DNA of 64,000 nt from Octopus vulgaris (GCA_951406725.2 OX597837.1:6758001-6822000); one strand, 5' to 3'; positions 40,975-56,323 are shown, numbered from the stretch's first letter. Notes: generated by a model from the sequence alone, not told the origin. Made by a program: numbers and translations.

Positions 40975-41269
40975 TATATATATATATATAACATAAGGGG
41001 CATCAGCCATCTGAATGTGGCTAGGGACAGGGCGGGGTGGTGTTGGTGTTACTGATGCATTTAGCCCCAGGCGATCATCGACGTCACCAGGAGGGCTGAC
41101 ACCCTCTCGGTGTCCTCTAGCCTGCAAAGGGAGATCATTCCCCGAAGATACGGATACTACATACGGACCAGGTTTCGAGGTAACTAAACACTTTTTGTAA
41201 CTAAACACTTTCAACATTCGGACACTAACCCTAACCCTAACCCTAATGTGTCATATAAAACATATTTTA

Positions 41270-41470
41270 CTTTTAATGTTACTCTTGACCACGGCCATGC
41301 TGGAGCATCGCCTTTAATCGAGCAACTAGACCCCGGGACTTATTCTTTTTGTAAGCCCAGTACTTATTCTATCGGTCTCTTTTGCCGAACCGCTAAGTAA
41401 CGGGGACATAAATACACCAGCATCGGTTGTCAAGCAATGCTAGGGGGACAAACACAGACACACAAACACG

Positions 41471-41505
<35 letters not shown>

Positions 41506-41630
41506 GACGGGCTTCTTTCAGTTTCCGTCTACCAAATCCACTCACAAGGCTTTGGTTGGCCCGAGGTTATAGTAGAAGACACTTGCCCAAGGTGCCAGAC
41601 AGTGGGACTGAACCCGGAATCAGCCACTCC
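41270..41630 (-). mobile_element. SINE family A
   Basis: Reverse complement matches head, internal microsatellite and tail; small deletion in the head. Confidence 0.88.
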
Positions 41631-42100
41631 AATATTTTTTTAACATCTGACCTGTAAAACTTAATATTCCTCTAAATATTTTATAAGTCATCATACTATT
41701 TTTATCTTAGAAAAACAATGACCGAAGGAGTGAGAAGATTAGATTATTCATGAAGCGTCTTCATAAAAACAAAAACACAGAACTCCTTTGGCATCTTAAA
41801 TAAATACAATATAAATTCCAATAAAAGTAAAAAGACCGGTTTTCTTTGACCAACTTTACTGACGTCAGCATTTGAATGGATTGCTACAGGGGTGTTTACA
41901 ACTCTGTTTTATTACGATTAACTCATTTTATTGGGCCCTGAAAGATAAGACAAAAACCAGCCGAGCAGGATTTGAAATGATTATTGTAAAATAATGCAAA
42001 TGTCGGCTTACCTATACATGTGTGCCCCTACCCGACCGACTTTGTTGCCTCACAACTTCCAGAAAAATGTAAATTTTTTTAATGAAATTTTCAAAAAATA

Positions 42101-42614
42101 CCGTTAATCCTCGAGTATAGTCTGCCCTTGAGTATAATACGCAGGGGATTTTTAGGGGGCTGTACCTCTGGAAAATCTAAACCTTGTGTATAATACGCAC
42201 CCCCTCTCTAACTTAAGTCAAAGAGGTCTGTATAACGTCCTTGGTTTCTAAAAATGTATACGGTAACGTCCTTTATTATTATTATTGTATATATAACATA
42301 ATGCAAACATGTAGCTTTTTGTGCATTTTGTTTGCAGAAAATAAAGAAATAACAGTAATAACGTTTAATAAATGTTGCTTATTGCAAGTTATGGATGATT
42401 CTTTTATGACTTCATTGCTTTCAGGCTTAGCTTAAGGTATTTTCGAGCCCGACATCACAAAATGCCTCTGAATAAACATTGCCTGACAGCAAATAGAGAC
42501 TTGGACATTGCTTAGAAAATAATTTCCATTTTTAACCTCATATATAGTACGCACTAGGGATTTTGACCTTTAAATTTTGGGAAAATAATGCGGATTATAC
42601 TTGAGGATTTATGG
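42101..42614. mobile_element. pogo/Tc1-type MITE with TA target duplication, nested in another repeat (about 42020-43135)
   Basis: TA|CCGTTAATCCTCGAGTATAGTCTGC ... GCGGATTATACTTGAGGATTTATGG|TA imperfect TIRs. Confidence 0.75.
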
Positions 42615-43215
42615 TATGTTTTAGATGGTTTATATTCCGCTTATGTAGGAATTTAATATTTAAAAAAATTCTGTGGTTAGGAAGAGAGGTTTCGGGAAAT
42701 TCACATGAGTTGACTTTGTTTCCTCATAACTTGGGTATTTTTTTATGAAATTTGCTACAAATACTTTTCAGAATGTATATATTCAGATTATATTGGAATT
42801 TGATGTCAAAAGGAAAATAGTGCACACATCACAATTTCTTTCGAAATCTCAAGTTTCATTTTGTACATATATATGATATCCATTAGTACATATGTGCATA
42901 AAAGCCCACCATTTTTGTATTTTCTTTTGTCATATTAAAACCCCAGCGTTTTCGATAGCCGCTTATGAAAAAGTGAAAGTCTTTCTTCGGCAATTTCTTG
43001 ATTTCAGCAACTATTTTCGGAAAAAAATGTTTGCCCCCTACCCCTCCACCTCCAATTTCTTCATGTCTCGCTTGTTTCCGTAACACTAATCCTAAATCCC
43101 AACCCTAACCCTAAAACCCAAAACCTAACCCTAACGGCAGTGGATGATGATGATAATGATGATGATAGTAGTAGTAGCATTGATTATGTTAGGATGTCTC
43201 ATGGATGGTAGCGTT

Positions 43216-43253
<38 letters not shown>

Positions 43254-43565
43254 GATCAAAACAGTTTGATTCAAATTCTGTGGTTCTTATATATTCATAC
43301 ATACATATACATGTAGAAGTATATAACATATATATATTGTATGTAAACATCTTTTATATATATATAATGTATGCATCTATAATACACACACATTATAAAT
43401 ATATACACATATATGCATATGCATTAGAATATGTGTGTATAGGTGTATATATATATATGCATATGTTTGTATACATGTGTGTGTAGCTATTTAGGATCTA
43501 CACAAATTTTATATATACTCCAAGAAGTTTATGATAAGCGGAGATGTTTACATTTTAGTTAGCTA

Positions 43566-43828
43566 TTTACATGTTTACGTTAACTACGTCACAAGATAGC
43601 TGTTTACGTCACAGTAACAATATTTTGAGAGGCAGTAAATGATATGAGGTCGAAAGAAAGAATACCATTGGTTAAAATTCGAATTATTAAACAACGTTAA
43701 ACTTAGAAATTACAATTCCGTTTTCATTTTGGTTTACAATTATGTTTTCTTTTGACACATTCTACCAGTATACGAAGTTTCAAATTGTTTAGTTAACTAG
43801 GAAAATCTGGCCTTCAAACTGAAAAGAT

Positions 43829-43830
<2 letters not shown>
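43566..43830 (-). repeat. Right 265-bp terminal inverted repeat (pairs with 25570-25834)
   Basis: Ends CCTTCAAACTGAAAAGATCC followed by (TA)n. Confidence 0.93.
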
Positions 43831-43888
<58 letters not shown>

Positions 43889-44313
43889 TGTATGTATGTA
43901 TAAAGCAAAATGCATCGTCACTTTTGTTTCCCTGTGTTCCGTTTGTGTTATCGTAAAGCAAGGGCTCAACACAAAACGCCCAGAAAGTATTATCGTCAGA
44001 ACGTAGTTATCTCCCCTATTATAAGGCAATCTAAAACTTGGTGACCGGCAACAAACCCAAATGTACGAATATAAATGTTTGAACTGTATAAATGACATAC
44101 AATTATATGTGCATTTATAATATATACTTGATTATATCAATAATTGGGAAATTTATATAAGTTTTTATATAGATTATAAGCAGGTGGAAATCCTCCCCTA
44201 TTTTAGTAGACCGAGAATGGTGAATTTGGGAGGGCCTTTTTTATTGTTGCATGTGTAATAATATATAAATCAATATGAGAAACTTTAGGCTTTGAAATTC
44301 AGTTCTATTTGTA

Positions 44314-44548
44314 CATGGTTTTCAAAAAGTCTTGGCGCAGTAAATATTTAATAGTTTTCGGGCGATTTTTGATCATTAATCCTTTACTTGCTCCCTAGAA
44401 AAAAAAAAGTCTGGTGGTGTTAAATCATGTGATCTTGTGATAAAAATCCATTTGAAATTATCCGTTCACCGAGAAACTCTTGAAGTAGCCCCATGGTGAT
44501 ACGCAGGATGAAACAAATTCACTGCGGAGAGACTTTTTGAACACCCTG
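44314..44548 (-). mobile_element. Internally deleted Tc1/mariner element
   Basis: TA-flanked imperfect TIRs (catggttttcaaaaagtct / agactttttgaacaccctg); minus strand 44401-44436 encodes RSHDLTPPDFF, like the SPDLxPxDF transposase motif. Confidence 0.75.
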
Positions 44549-45255
44549 TATATTTTCTTCCTCGCTGGTCTTAATAGAATGTTTAATATCTGCTGGACAA
44601 TACATTATATTTCTTTATCCCAACAAATTACATTGGGTTTGTTATGTTAATATTTCGCAGACATTTTAGTGGGAACAAGCGATCAATATGCCTTGTGTTT
44701 AAACTTGTGTAAGCACAGCACACAAGAGGTATTGTCTATATTCATTCCGTAATATTATATATTGTTTTAGCAGCAACATCATGTCACAACCTGAGATATT
44801 ATTTTAACCACATATTACAGAAGATGCTGATCGCATCCATTATATCCAAAGAATTGCAATACAACTATTTGTTTTAATCTCATTTTTATTTTTCCATCTT
44901 GGAATTTAGGGACTCGGTTGTCTGTCTCGTTCAGAAGGTAATTTGTATATCTGCTCTAGAAGGAGATTAAACATATGTTATATCGATGTAACATGTAATA
45001 AAAGCAATACGAGTCCAAGTAAAAATATATCTCTTGTCGTATCAACAGCGCCAAATTTTGGAGTAAGACACGCATTGCCGTTTATTTACAGTTAATTCCT
45101 AAAGTTTACGCTGGGATAAGAAGTAGTATCAAAAATTTTCCCGGGCTAGTTTTGTTTAATAAACAAAAAGAAAAACTTATTTTTTAAAGTTTTAACATCA
45201 TTTTCTACGAAATGGTAACCTTGCGCAGCCATACACCGGTCTCAGCGTTGTATAA

Positions 45256-45386
<131 letters not shown>

Positions 45387-46528
45387 ATGATAGATAGATA
45401 GATGTAGATATATTGATGTGTATACGTTTCTTCGAGTTTTAGGAAATAATATATGATTAAACACATACACACGCACATGCATATATATGCACACATACAT
45501 AATTCCATTCATCCATCCATACACACATGTATACATACATACGTACGTACGTACGTACGTACGTACCTACGTACGTGCATACTTTAATGCGTGTCTTTTC
45601 TAGAAAATACATACAAATATACAATAAATTTCTGTCGAAAAGGGCTTCATCAGAAAAATAATAGAAAGAAACAAAGAAAGAAAGAAGGAAAGAAAGTAAG
45701 AAACAAGGAAAGAAAGGAAGAAGGAAAGAAAGAAAGAAAGAAAGAAAGAAAGAAGGGAAGAAAAAGGAAGAAGGAAAGAAGGATTGAAACAAAAATTGAA
45801 AGAAAGAAAGATAGAAAGAAAGAAGGGAAGAAAGGAAAAGAAAGAAAAAAAGGAAAGAAATGAAAGGACGGAAGTAGGTAGAATGAATGAATGATTGAGC
45901 AAAAGAAGAAATGAAACGCAGAAAAAAAAAAAAGCTAAAATGGCTGCTGAGAATTGCAATTACTTGTCTTATTACGCGGAGATACGTGAGAAGCCTCCAT
46001 CTTTGTTTAAAGAAGACACTAGCTTTTATACGTAATAAGTTTTATTGAGATTAGAGTAAATATTATTATTCAGACATCGCCAAAAAGATTAATAAACGCA
46101 CAAATAAAAAGCAATGGATGATCTGCATTTCTGTTCATTTCTAATCTATTTAAAATCATTTAAAATCATTTAATGTACCCCATGTTTACGGTTAAATGTA
46201 AATAAGAGAAGAAAAAAAATCCCAACATAACTTACACGATTGTTAGTGAACGTGCATACGTGAATTTTAAATGAACGAGAATGTTGATTATCCAATCGGT
46301 AATAATACCCGTAAAATTATCTCTGCTTTCACAATAAGTGCTGCTACATGTAAGCATTTGTGAGGGTCATTTAAACTAGCATCGAAATGATAAATTCAAT
46401 CCGTGTATTAGTGAGGTCTGTAAGCATTTATATCATATTCTTCTCATTTATATTCTCAGGTTTAATATCCTCTGTTTTTTTTATGTGATATTCGTTGTGT
46501 TGTTTTATTTAATTATATTCAATTAATA

Positions 46529-46740
46529 GGCGCAAGCGTGGCTGTGTGGTAAGAAACTTGCTTCCCAAACCCATGCTTCCTGGGTTCAGTCCCTCTGCGT
46601 GGCACCTTGAGCAATTGACTTCTGCAATAACCCAGGGCCGACTAAAGCCTTGTGAGAGGATTTGGTAGACGGAAACTGAAAGAAGCCCGTCGTATATGTA
46701 TGTGTGTGTATGTCTGTGCGTGTGTTTCTATGCTCGTCCC
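46529..46740 (+). mobile_element. SINE family A, 5' half
   Basis: Homology to other copies. Confidence 0.85.
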
Positions 46741-47358
46741 TCACAAACGATGCTGTAAAAATATTCCTCGCACTTATCGTTGCGTTGTTGCCTTTACTGA
46801 ACTCATAAAGCAAAATATACCGAATATACTCCTTTGTTACTTTTATTATAGCTTTGAGAAAGTAACTGTTAAAATCGAATTGCACTCTTCAAAACTTGCA
46901 CTAAGGATAAGCACAAGGTAATATTACTACCTGCTTTTATAGCAAGTTCATGCAGGTAGTTTATTCTTTCACCCTCCACCTTTTAGTTTATGCAACTGAA
47001 AAAACCGCATTATTTATGGGATGACATATATGTAGGTGAGTGTGTATATGTATGTATATATATATATTCATGATCCATTTTATGAATATATATATATTTA
47101 TATGTATAAATCATTACATTTTGTCAGAATCAGTCACACACATATATATGTGTGTGTGTGTGTTTACACACATATCTGCATACACACACATACATGCGTA
47201 GATACATATATAGCTATATATGTATGTACATACAAGTATACAGCCATGCATACATATATACATATATTCATACATACATACAAGCACACATTCATACTTA
47301 CATACATGCATCCACGCATGCGAACATACATATATACAAGCATAGATACATCCATGAT

Positions 47359-47397
<39 letters not shown>

Positions 47398-47913
47398 GTA
47401 CGCACATGCATACATATATACATATACATATACATAGATACATTGATAAACATTTGCATACGTACATTTATTCACACATGTGTATCCAGGGATGCATATA
47501 CACATCCATATATAGGAATACATATATATACAGCCATACATACATGCACGCATACATATATGTGTAAACACACTCATACATACATACATACGTACATACA
47601 TACATATACCTACGCACATCAATATATCAACTTGTCTATCCAAATCTTATTGGAATAGAATCGAATCGCATAATTGCTGATCTGAAATTTCGACATCCGA
47701 TTCTTGGAACGAAATCAATGATAGATTCGTATTAGTTCTATAACATTTATCTTGTTACCCCAATTGACCTTAACCCAGGCATATAACTTCTGCAACCCAC
47801 ACACCCTTAATAAGAGGCGCCTGTCGAAGTGGATGCTCATAATGATACATACACTCATACATCAATATGAACCTATATACATATACATGCACACGCACAC
47901 ACATATATATATA

Positions 47914-47954
<41 letters not shown>

Positions 47955-48094
47955 ATATGTATGTAAATGTATATATGTTTATATATAGACATATATATGT
48001 ATACATATATATATATATATACACACACATATAAAGATATATATATGCATATACATACATATATGGGTGTATATGCGCATATATATATATATAT

Positions 48095-48131
<37 letters not shown>

Positions 48132-48284
48132 GAGATAGAGAGAGAGATAGATAGAGGGATAGACAGATAGATAGATGTAGTATACATACGTATGTATAGC
48201 GTGTATATGTATGTATATACATATATACATATATATATATATATATCATATATATATCATATATATATATTATTACTACTACTG

Positions 48285-48323
<39 letters not shown>

Positions 48324-48837
48324 TAAGTATTATTACCTTTATCAGTCACGTGACCACTTTTTCATGCTTGCATAGTTCAGTCGGAATTTATTGAGGCAGA
48401 TTTTTTTTATGGCTGGATTTGTTTCCTATCATCAACCCTTGCTTTTTAATTACACAGTAAGATTTTCTCATGAACATCTTCGTTGTTTGTATATAACCAT
48501 CACGTAATGTGTAGACAGTTGCACACACAAACTCGCACAGACACATCCGACCCCACATTCAGTCACCCATGAAGCTCGCCATTGTAGCCATAATTATTTC
48601 TAATGAGAAGTAATATATATCATTCCTTCGCTGATATATAGTATCTTTAAATGGTTATTAGTAGAAAGACAACCACACCTTAAAAAATAACGAATACTGC
48701 TGGAGCTTTCTCGCGAATAGAAAACCATCTGGTGTAACCCTACAAATGTGACATTGACCATTGAAATAGGGAACAAATGTCATGCGTTGTTGGGGACGTC
48801 AGCTGCCCAACGAAATTCAGTACGTCGTTTGACGCAT

Positions 48838-49149
48838 TGTTGTTGTCTGTTCCATCTCGAGCCATGCATGGCTCATAAGGGCCGGTTTCCCGGTTTCCTT
48901 GGCGTATAGGTTCCCCACCTGGACAGGACGCCGGTTCGTCGCAAGTGACCTGCAAGATGCAGGAGGAAAGAGTGAGAGAGAGTTGGAGCGAAAGAGTACA
49001 ACAGGTATCGCCACCACCCCCTGCCGGAGCTTCGTGAAGCTTTAGGTGTTTTCGGTCAATAAACACACACAACGCCCGGTCTGGGAATCGAAACTGCGAT
49101 CCTCCAAACGCGAGTCCGCTGCCCTAACAATTGGGCCATTGCACCTCCA
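48838..49149 (-). mobile_element. tRNA(Arg)-like SINE, full length
   Basis: Head ggaggtgcaatggcccaattgttagggcagcggactcg..gtttcgattcccagacc; tail ggctcgagatggaac and (AAC)n. Confidence 0.88.
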
Positions 49150-49204
49150 CTGACGTTGCTGTTGTGGTTTTTGTGGCTGTTGTCTTTCAATTCCTGATTA
49201 GTTC

Positions 49205-49515
49205 TGTTTGTTTGTTGTTTGTTCCTTCTCGAGCCATGCCTGGCTCATAAGGGCCGGTTTCCCGGTTTCTTGGCGTATAGGTTCTCCACCTAGACAGGAC
49301 GCCGGTTTGTGGCAGGTGAGCTACAAGATGCAGGAGGAAAGAGTGAGAGAAAATTGTTGCGAAAGAGTCAGCAAACGTTCGCCATTACCTTCTGCCGGAG
49401 CCGCGTGGAGCTTGGGTGTTTCGCTCATAAACACACACATCGCTCGGTCTGAGATTCGAACCCACGATCCCTCGACCACGAGTTCGATACTCTAACCACT
49501 AGGCCATGTGCCTCA
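49205..49515 (-). mobile_element. tRNA(Arg)-like SINE, full length (second subfamily); a further tail fragment follows at 49520-49600
   Basis: Head gaggcacatggcctagtggttagag..gggttcgaatctcagacc; body homologous to 48838-49149. Confidence 0.88.
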
Positions 49516-49709
49516 ACAAATAAATGCGCCCTTTTTTAAAGCCTAGCCAGGCTCATGGGCCCGGCTTCCTGGTTTTTATGGCGTATGTGTTCCCCAGCTG
49601 TTGGTGTGTATTTGCACAACGAATATATATATATATATATATATGCAGAGAAAGAGTTTAAGATAGAGACATACAAGCAGATAGACAGACAAATAGACAG
49701 ACAGATAGT

Positions 49710-49796
<87 letters not shown>

Positions 49797-50401
49797 ATGG
49801 AGATCAATTTGTCAATGCGTCTGTCCAAATCTAATTTGAATCGAATCGAATCGAATTATATAATTGCTGATCTGAAAATTCAGTATCGATTCTTCGAAAA
49901 TATTCAATACTAGATTGCTATTAGTCCTCTTACGTTTAAATCCTTTACCCCTGCCAAGCCCTACATCACTCATATACCTTCTGCAGCCACACACACCTTT
50001 ATTGATTAACCATAGTCGCATCGATGTTTACATATGGTGGGAGAGTGATGTGTGAGCGTGTGTGTGTATAGTCATATAAGCATATAAGTGTGTGTGTGTG
50101 CGTGTGTGTGTGTGTGTGTGCGTGTGTATGTATGTGTGTGTGTAAATATATATCTTAGTGGATGGTAGTAGAGTTTTTAAGGCGTCGGACACAATGTTTT
50201 ACGCTCATCGTTCCGACTCTTGCGCTCTGAGTTCGAATTGCTCCATCGTTAGATTAATCTGCCCTTTCGCTCTTCAGGAGTTTGCACATCATTTTGCAAC
50301 ACGATACACACACACGCAAACACAGAGACACACACCAACACACACACATGCATATATGTATATATATGTATATATACATATATATGTGTGTGTATGTGTG
50401 C

Positions 50402-50555
<154 letters not shown>

Positions 50556-50646
50556 TCATACGTAGTGGTTTAATAAATTATGTGATTGGGTATTATCTGG
50601 TAGTTGATTATTGATTAAGATGTATTTCCCCATTTTCTTATTTTGC

Positions 50647-50694
<48 letters not shown>

Positions 50695-50802
50695 ATAAAG
50701 AAGTAAACACATAAATGTGAAACGAGGTGGAAAAAAGAGTATTCAAATACCAGAGGTAAAGTAATATGTTTTATTTAAAAGCAGCAGGAATTTAACAAAA
50801 GC

Positions 50803-50838
50803 TGTTACTCAGAGTTTCACGTTCCCGTTCGTCGGACA
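50803..50838 (-). ncRNA. Minimal hammerhead-like motif in a pLTR-like fragment
   Basis: Minus strand tgt-CCGACGA-ACG-ggaa-CGT-GAAA-CTC-t-GAG-TA-aca; U4 replaced by C. Confidence 0.5.
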
Positions 50839-51853
50839 TATGCTTGTGATGAAAGAACTGGAACAAGAAAAAAAAACACGAGAATAACAATGTTTTACAA
50901 AATTGCTATTAGTTTTACGCTTGAAGAGAAAGGAAAAAGGAAAGAGTCTTTCGCGTTTTCGGATATTGAGAAACAGGAAAAGAAAGGGAGACGGAAAGAA
51001 GGAAAAAAACGCATAAAAGCCGTAGAGAAAGGTGCAGAGCGTGGTCGTAATGAGGTGGAGCGGGAGGAGGTGAGCTTTATTCCTCCTCTCGGTGTTCTAT
51101 ACTAGGAACTTTCTATTAACTGCAAAATCTATCCTCCAAGACTACGTTTGAAATAATGGTAATTTTTGCCGACAAATGATATGCTATTGTTTTCTTCTGA
51201 ATCCGATCAAAACTTCTTCTGACATACAAATATGTTTGGTGTTTCCTGTTGTAAACCGATTTCTTCTTTTTTTTATATATATATATATATAATTTATTGT
51301 TTCGTTTATCTTAATCTCTCAAAGAATAAAAAAAAAAAATGACAGAATCGGAAGAACGATTTGTAGTTTCCGCATAGAAATATTATATATGGATGTGTGA
51401 CTGTAATTGCATGAATGTACGTATTTGTCCATACTTCACAAGATTCATGTGCTTGTGTGTGTGCGTGGGTGTGTGCTTATATATGCATATATATAGATAT
51501 ATATACAGAGAGAGAGAGTGAGAGAGAGGATGTGGATTGGTGTGTGTATGACTAAATGTATTTTCTATGCTTCCACATGCGTAGCTTAACATGGATATAC
51601 GTATATAGGCAAGTATTCATCTATGCACACATCTACATATGTATATATCTATATATAAGTAACATCCATACATGTATATACGGGTTTATCTATATTCAGA
51701 GGGACCGATATATCGAGAGATTATAGTTTTATAAATACATACATACATATATAGACTGAAAGACAGATGGATATAGACTGGTCAATAAATAGATAGATAG
51801 AGAGAGAGAGTGAGAGAGAGAGAGAGAGAGAGATGATAAGTAGATAGATAGAT

Positions 51854-51884
<31 letters not shown>

Positions 51885-52034
51885 CTGATAGATAAATAGA
51901 TAGACAGATGATAGATAATTAGATAGATAGGATAGGTATACATTTTTGCGGGTGCCAGTAAGCATGTACGGTGTGTATTTATGCACGAGCACACATGCAC
52001 ACAGATACATACAAACATATATATATATATATAC

Positions 52035-52076
<42 letters not shown>

Positions 52077-52844
52077 AGAAGAAAGAGAGGGAGAATAATG
52101 CGGCCGTTGATTCTTATTAAGGGTATGTCAACTGCAAATGTTATACGCTTCGGTGAGGGTCAGTGGGGTAAGAAGTTAAAAGTAATAGGACTAATATCAA
52201 TCCATTATTGATTTTGTTCGAAGAATCAATGCCGGAATTTGAGATCAGCAATTATATGAATCGATTCGATTCGAACGAGATGTTGGACAGACAAATTGAT
52301 ATATAGATGTGCGTATGTGCGTACCACCGTACACACACATGTATGTACGTATATATATGTATGTATATATACATGTATGTATGTATGTATGTATGTATGT
52401 GTTATGAATGTATTACGTATGTATTATGTATGTATGTATGTATGTATGTATGTATTATGTATGTATGTATGTATGTATGTATGTATGTATGTATGTATGT
52501 ATGTACGTTTGTTCGATGGATGCATCTACGCATGTACGTGCGTATATAAATGTATAGATTCGTATGTATATCAACGTATGCGTTTTATGATTGCATTTAT
52601 ATAAGCTTCCGCGCATAAATACATATGTACCTCTCCACTAGGATTTGTATGTACAAACGTAGAAACAGGCAGGCGTATAACATGTGTGTGCGCATGCGTA
52701 TAAGTTTGTGTGTGTATGAGTGAGTGAGTGAGTGAGTGTGAGTGTGCATGCGTAATTACATACATATATATACACATGCGTAGAGTATGTGTATAAATAT
52801 GTGCATGTATATATATGCACAAGTATATATATATATATATATAT

Positions 52845-53120
52845 GGAGGGGCAATGGCCCTGTGGTTAGGGCAGCGAACTCGCCGTCGTAGGATCACGGT
52901 TTCGATTCCCAGACCGGACGTTGTGTGTGTTTATTGAGTGAAAACAGCAGGGGGTGGTGGCGACCCCTGTTGTACTCTTTCGACACAACTTTCTCTCACT
53001 TTCTTTTCCTGTTTCCTGAGTAACGGTGCGATGGACTGGCGACCAGTCCAGCTGGGAGGAACACATACGCAAAAGAAACCGAGAAACCGGGCCCATGAGC
53101 CTGGTTATGCATGAAAAGGG
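52845..53120 (+). mobile_element. tRNA(Arg)-like SINE
   Basis: ggaggggcaatggccctgtggttagggcagcgaactcg..gtttcgattcccagacc. Confidence 0.85.
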
Positions 53121-53218
53121 CTACGTTTATCGTTTTTCATATATTTATATTTATATATGTATGTATGTATTTGAACGTGTTATAAAACTCCCGTGTTCTG
53201 TTTTCATATATATATATA

Positions 53219-53373
53219 GGAGTGGCTGTGTGGTAAATAGCTTGCTTACCAACCACATGGTTCCGAGTTCAGTCCCACTGCGTGGCACCTTGGGCAAGTG
53301 TCTTCTACTATTGCCTCCGGCCGACCAAACCCTTGGGGTGAATTTGGTAGACGGAAACTGAAAGAAGCCTGTC

Positions 53374-53427
<54 letters not shown>

Positions 53428-53645
53428 TGTGTGTGCGTGTGTGTGTGTGTGTTTGTGTGTCTGTGTCCTCCCAACATCGCTTGACAACCGATGCTGGTGT
53501 GTTCATGTCCCCGTAACTTAGCGGTTCGGCCAAAAAGACCGATAGTATAAGTACTAGGCTTACAAAGTCCTGGGGTCGATTTGCTCGACTAAAGGCGGTG
53601 CTCCAGCATGGCCGCAGTCAAATGACTGAAACAAGTAAAAGAGTG
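53219..53645 (+). mobile_element. SINE family A, near full length
   Basis: Head, internal TA/TG repeat and CR1-like tail all present. Confidence 0.9.
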
Positions 53646-54610
53646 TATATATACTCGCATGTTTGTATAAGAATTTTGGCTATTTCTTGTAAAAGGTTCT
53701 CCTTATCTTTTTCATGTGAATAAATAAGCATACTTTTGTTCCTGTCTATGTAAATGTTGCGGTCGTAACGAGCTAAGCGATGCTAATCTACAAAATTCTG
53801 ATAGACAGTCTCGAAGACACAGGAAAAAGGAATTGGTCTTAAAATCAATATCCGGAAGACGTGCATGTTGATAGCAGATGAGTCAATTAAGAAGAAGACA
53901 TTTTGGTAGAAATTCAGGATATCGCGTTACTTCCTGTCCGCAACTATTTAAGCACATGACGGAATGATGGATTGCTTGAAGATAAAGTTAGGGAGATATG
54001 GGAGAAATGAAATGAAAGGAAGAGAGAGAGAGAGGATGAGAAAGATGGAGTGAGAGAATTTATGAAGAATGGTTATTATGTAAAGCGTATGTTGTTTAAT
54101 ATATGGAAGTAACACAGACTAACATTCTACATTGGATTAAGGCTTTTATATCTGCTTGGTTAGGACATTGGCGGTATGTGTGATGGTGGGCAGAGGGAGC
54201 AGTTTTCCGTACGATAATGAAACGATGTTTATGGAGATTTCTTCGTTTTTGAGGAATTAGAAATTGGAAAGAATTTTGGCATTAGATAGTAAGACTGTGT
54301 AAGAAGGGAAATAAGATACTGCGGTGTGGTTTCTAAGAAATATGGGTCGAGAGATAAATAGATAGATAGATAGACATACATGCATACATACATACATACA
54401 TACAGACAGACAGACAGACAGACAGGCAGGCAGGCAGATAAATAGGCAGACAGTGAGACAGATAAACAGAAAGATAGAGAGAGAGATAGATACATTATTT
54501 ACATTATTTACATTTGACTGATATTTCTCCTCATCTTGTTTGTCGTTAACACAACGTTGTCATTCCTAAGGTATTTTTCGATGTTATTATTATTGTGGTG
54601 GTTGTTGTGC

Positions 54611-54679
<69 letters not shown>

Positions 54680-54680
<1 letters not shown>

Positions 54681-55084
54681 GCCATCCATACAGTTCACAA
54701 TGGGAAAAGAAAAAGACAATCAACTAGCTTTCCTGAACGTATTAGTAACACGCACACAGTATGGATTCAGGACATCCGTATACCGCAAGCCGACCTTCAC
54801 TGGACGATACTTCAACTTCAAAACCCACCATCCATACATGTAGTGGTCATTCAAATAGCTCTTTTGTCTTAATAACGGTCAATCACACAGTAATTTCCCT
54901 TTGTTTAACGGTCATTTTTATAGCGTTTTTTTCCGATGGCCGGATAACTGAAGAGATGGCGGCGTGTATTTCCACCTCGGCATCCGAAACTCGGAGTTTT
55001 ATCATGGCTACCAAATAATTGTCACATATTACATTTACAGATAAATTCCTCTTTTTCATTCTGTTCTTGTCTTACCATTTCTAT

Positions 55085-55086
<2 letters not shown>
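54680..55086 (+). mobile_element. Penelope-like remnant: RT C-terminal fragment joined to pLTR
   Basis: PSIQFTMGKEKDNQLAFLNVLV..TSVYRKPTFTGRYFNFKTHHP aligns with the IQFTM..LPFLD..YYKPT..HP region of the PLE at 14138. Confidence 0.8.
54943..55003 (+). ncRNA. Type I hammerhead ribozyme motif with canonical core
   Basis: gataa-CTGAAGA-[imperfect stem II gatg..catcc]-GAAA-CTC-g-GAG-TT-ttatc. Confidence 0.7.
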
Positions 55087-55148
<62 letters not shown>

Positions 55149-55456
55149 GTATGTATGTATATATACTTATATATGTATATGTATACACACACACATGTAT
55201 GTTTAAATATGTATGTATGTATATATGTATGCATGCGTTAGAACCATTGCTAACGTGTGTGTGAGTGTTTATGCCTCAGGTCGGGGGTAGAAAAACATTA
55301 TATAAATGAGAGGGATAAAATTAGAAAAAGATTAAACCTTCACGCCAACATACATAAATCCACCCATACATACATACACAATTATACATGTGAATAGACT
55401 TATACGTAAACACACACATATATATAAATATATAAGTATATACATACATACATGCA

Positions 55457-55508
<52 letters not shown>

Positions 55509-55583
55509 TATTTAGGCATACGAATCAATATATGTACGTATGTAAATCGGCGTGAGTAAATGTAAGTACACATATAGCTAGCT

Positions 55584-55654
<71 letters not shown>

Positions 55655-55669
55655 GAGAGAGAGAGAGAG

Positions 55670-55736
<67 letters not shown>

Positions 55737-56200
55737 GGCCAACAAACAGACACATTAATAAGCAGAAAGACAAATTGAAAAGCGTACAAAAAGACAGACG
55801 ACACACACACACAGACATTTCGAGAAAGAGAAAGAAAGTTAGAAAGTAACTAGTCTTTTAATCTAGAATATAAACTAGAATTCTAAAAGTCAGTTTAATT
55901 GAAACTATTAATCAAGCATAATATTGCTTATAGCCTTCAGCAATTCGATGGCACCAAGTGTAATTTCGGTGGCCAGACAAACTATTCTTCATGCCGATTC
56001 GAACAAATAATTAGCATATTCTTATGTTACTGTAGAAACGGTTTCTCGAATGTAAAACGTTGCCTTTTCCCATTTTCATGCTATCAAGTTTTATTTAACT
56101 GTCAGCCATGTTGTATTCAATTTGTATGTATGTATATGAATTTGTGGTATCTGTCTATCTTTCTATCTGCATATGTGTGTGTGTGTGTGTACATATATAC

Positions 56201-56313
<113 letters not shown>

Positions 56314-56323
56314 CAGATAAATT

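Noticed and set aside
41225-43135. (CCCTAA)n runs at 41225-41246 and 43085-43135 as interstitial telomeres or fusion scars
   Set aside because: Only about 3-6 imperfect units, embedded in interspersed repeats
45625-45660. CTGATGA on the minus strand (and CTGAAGA at 18732) as further hammerheads
   Set aside because: Stem II or the GAAA..UH part is not convincingly formed; too degenerate to call
49070-49149. Functional tRNA-Arg gene (also 49440-49515 and 52845-52915)
   Set aside because: tRNA-like heads continue into a shared SINE body and tail and show disrupted stems
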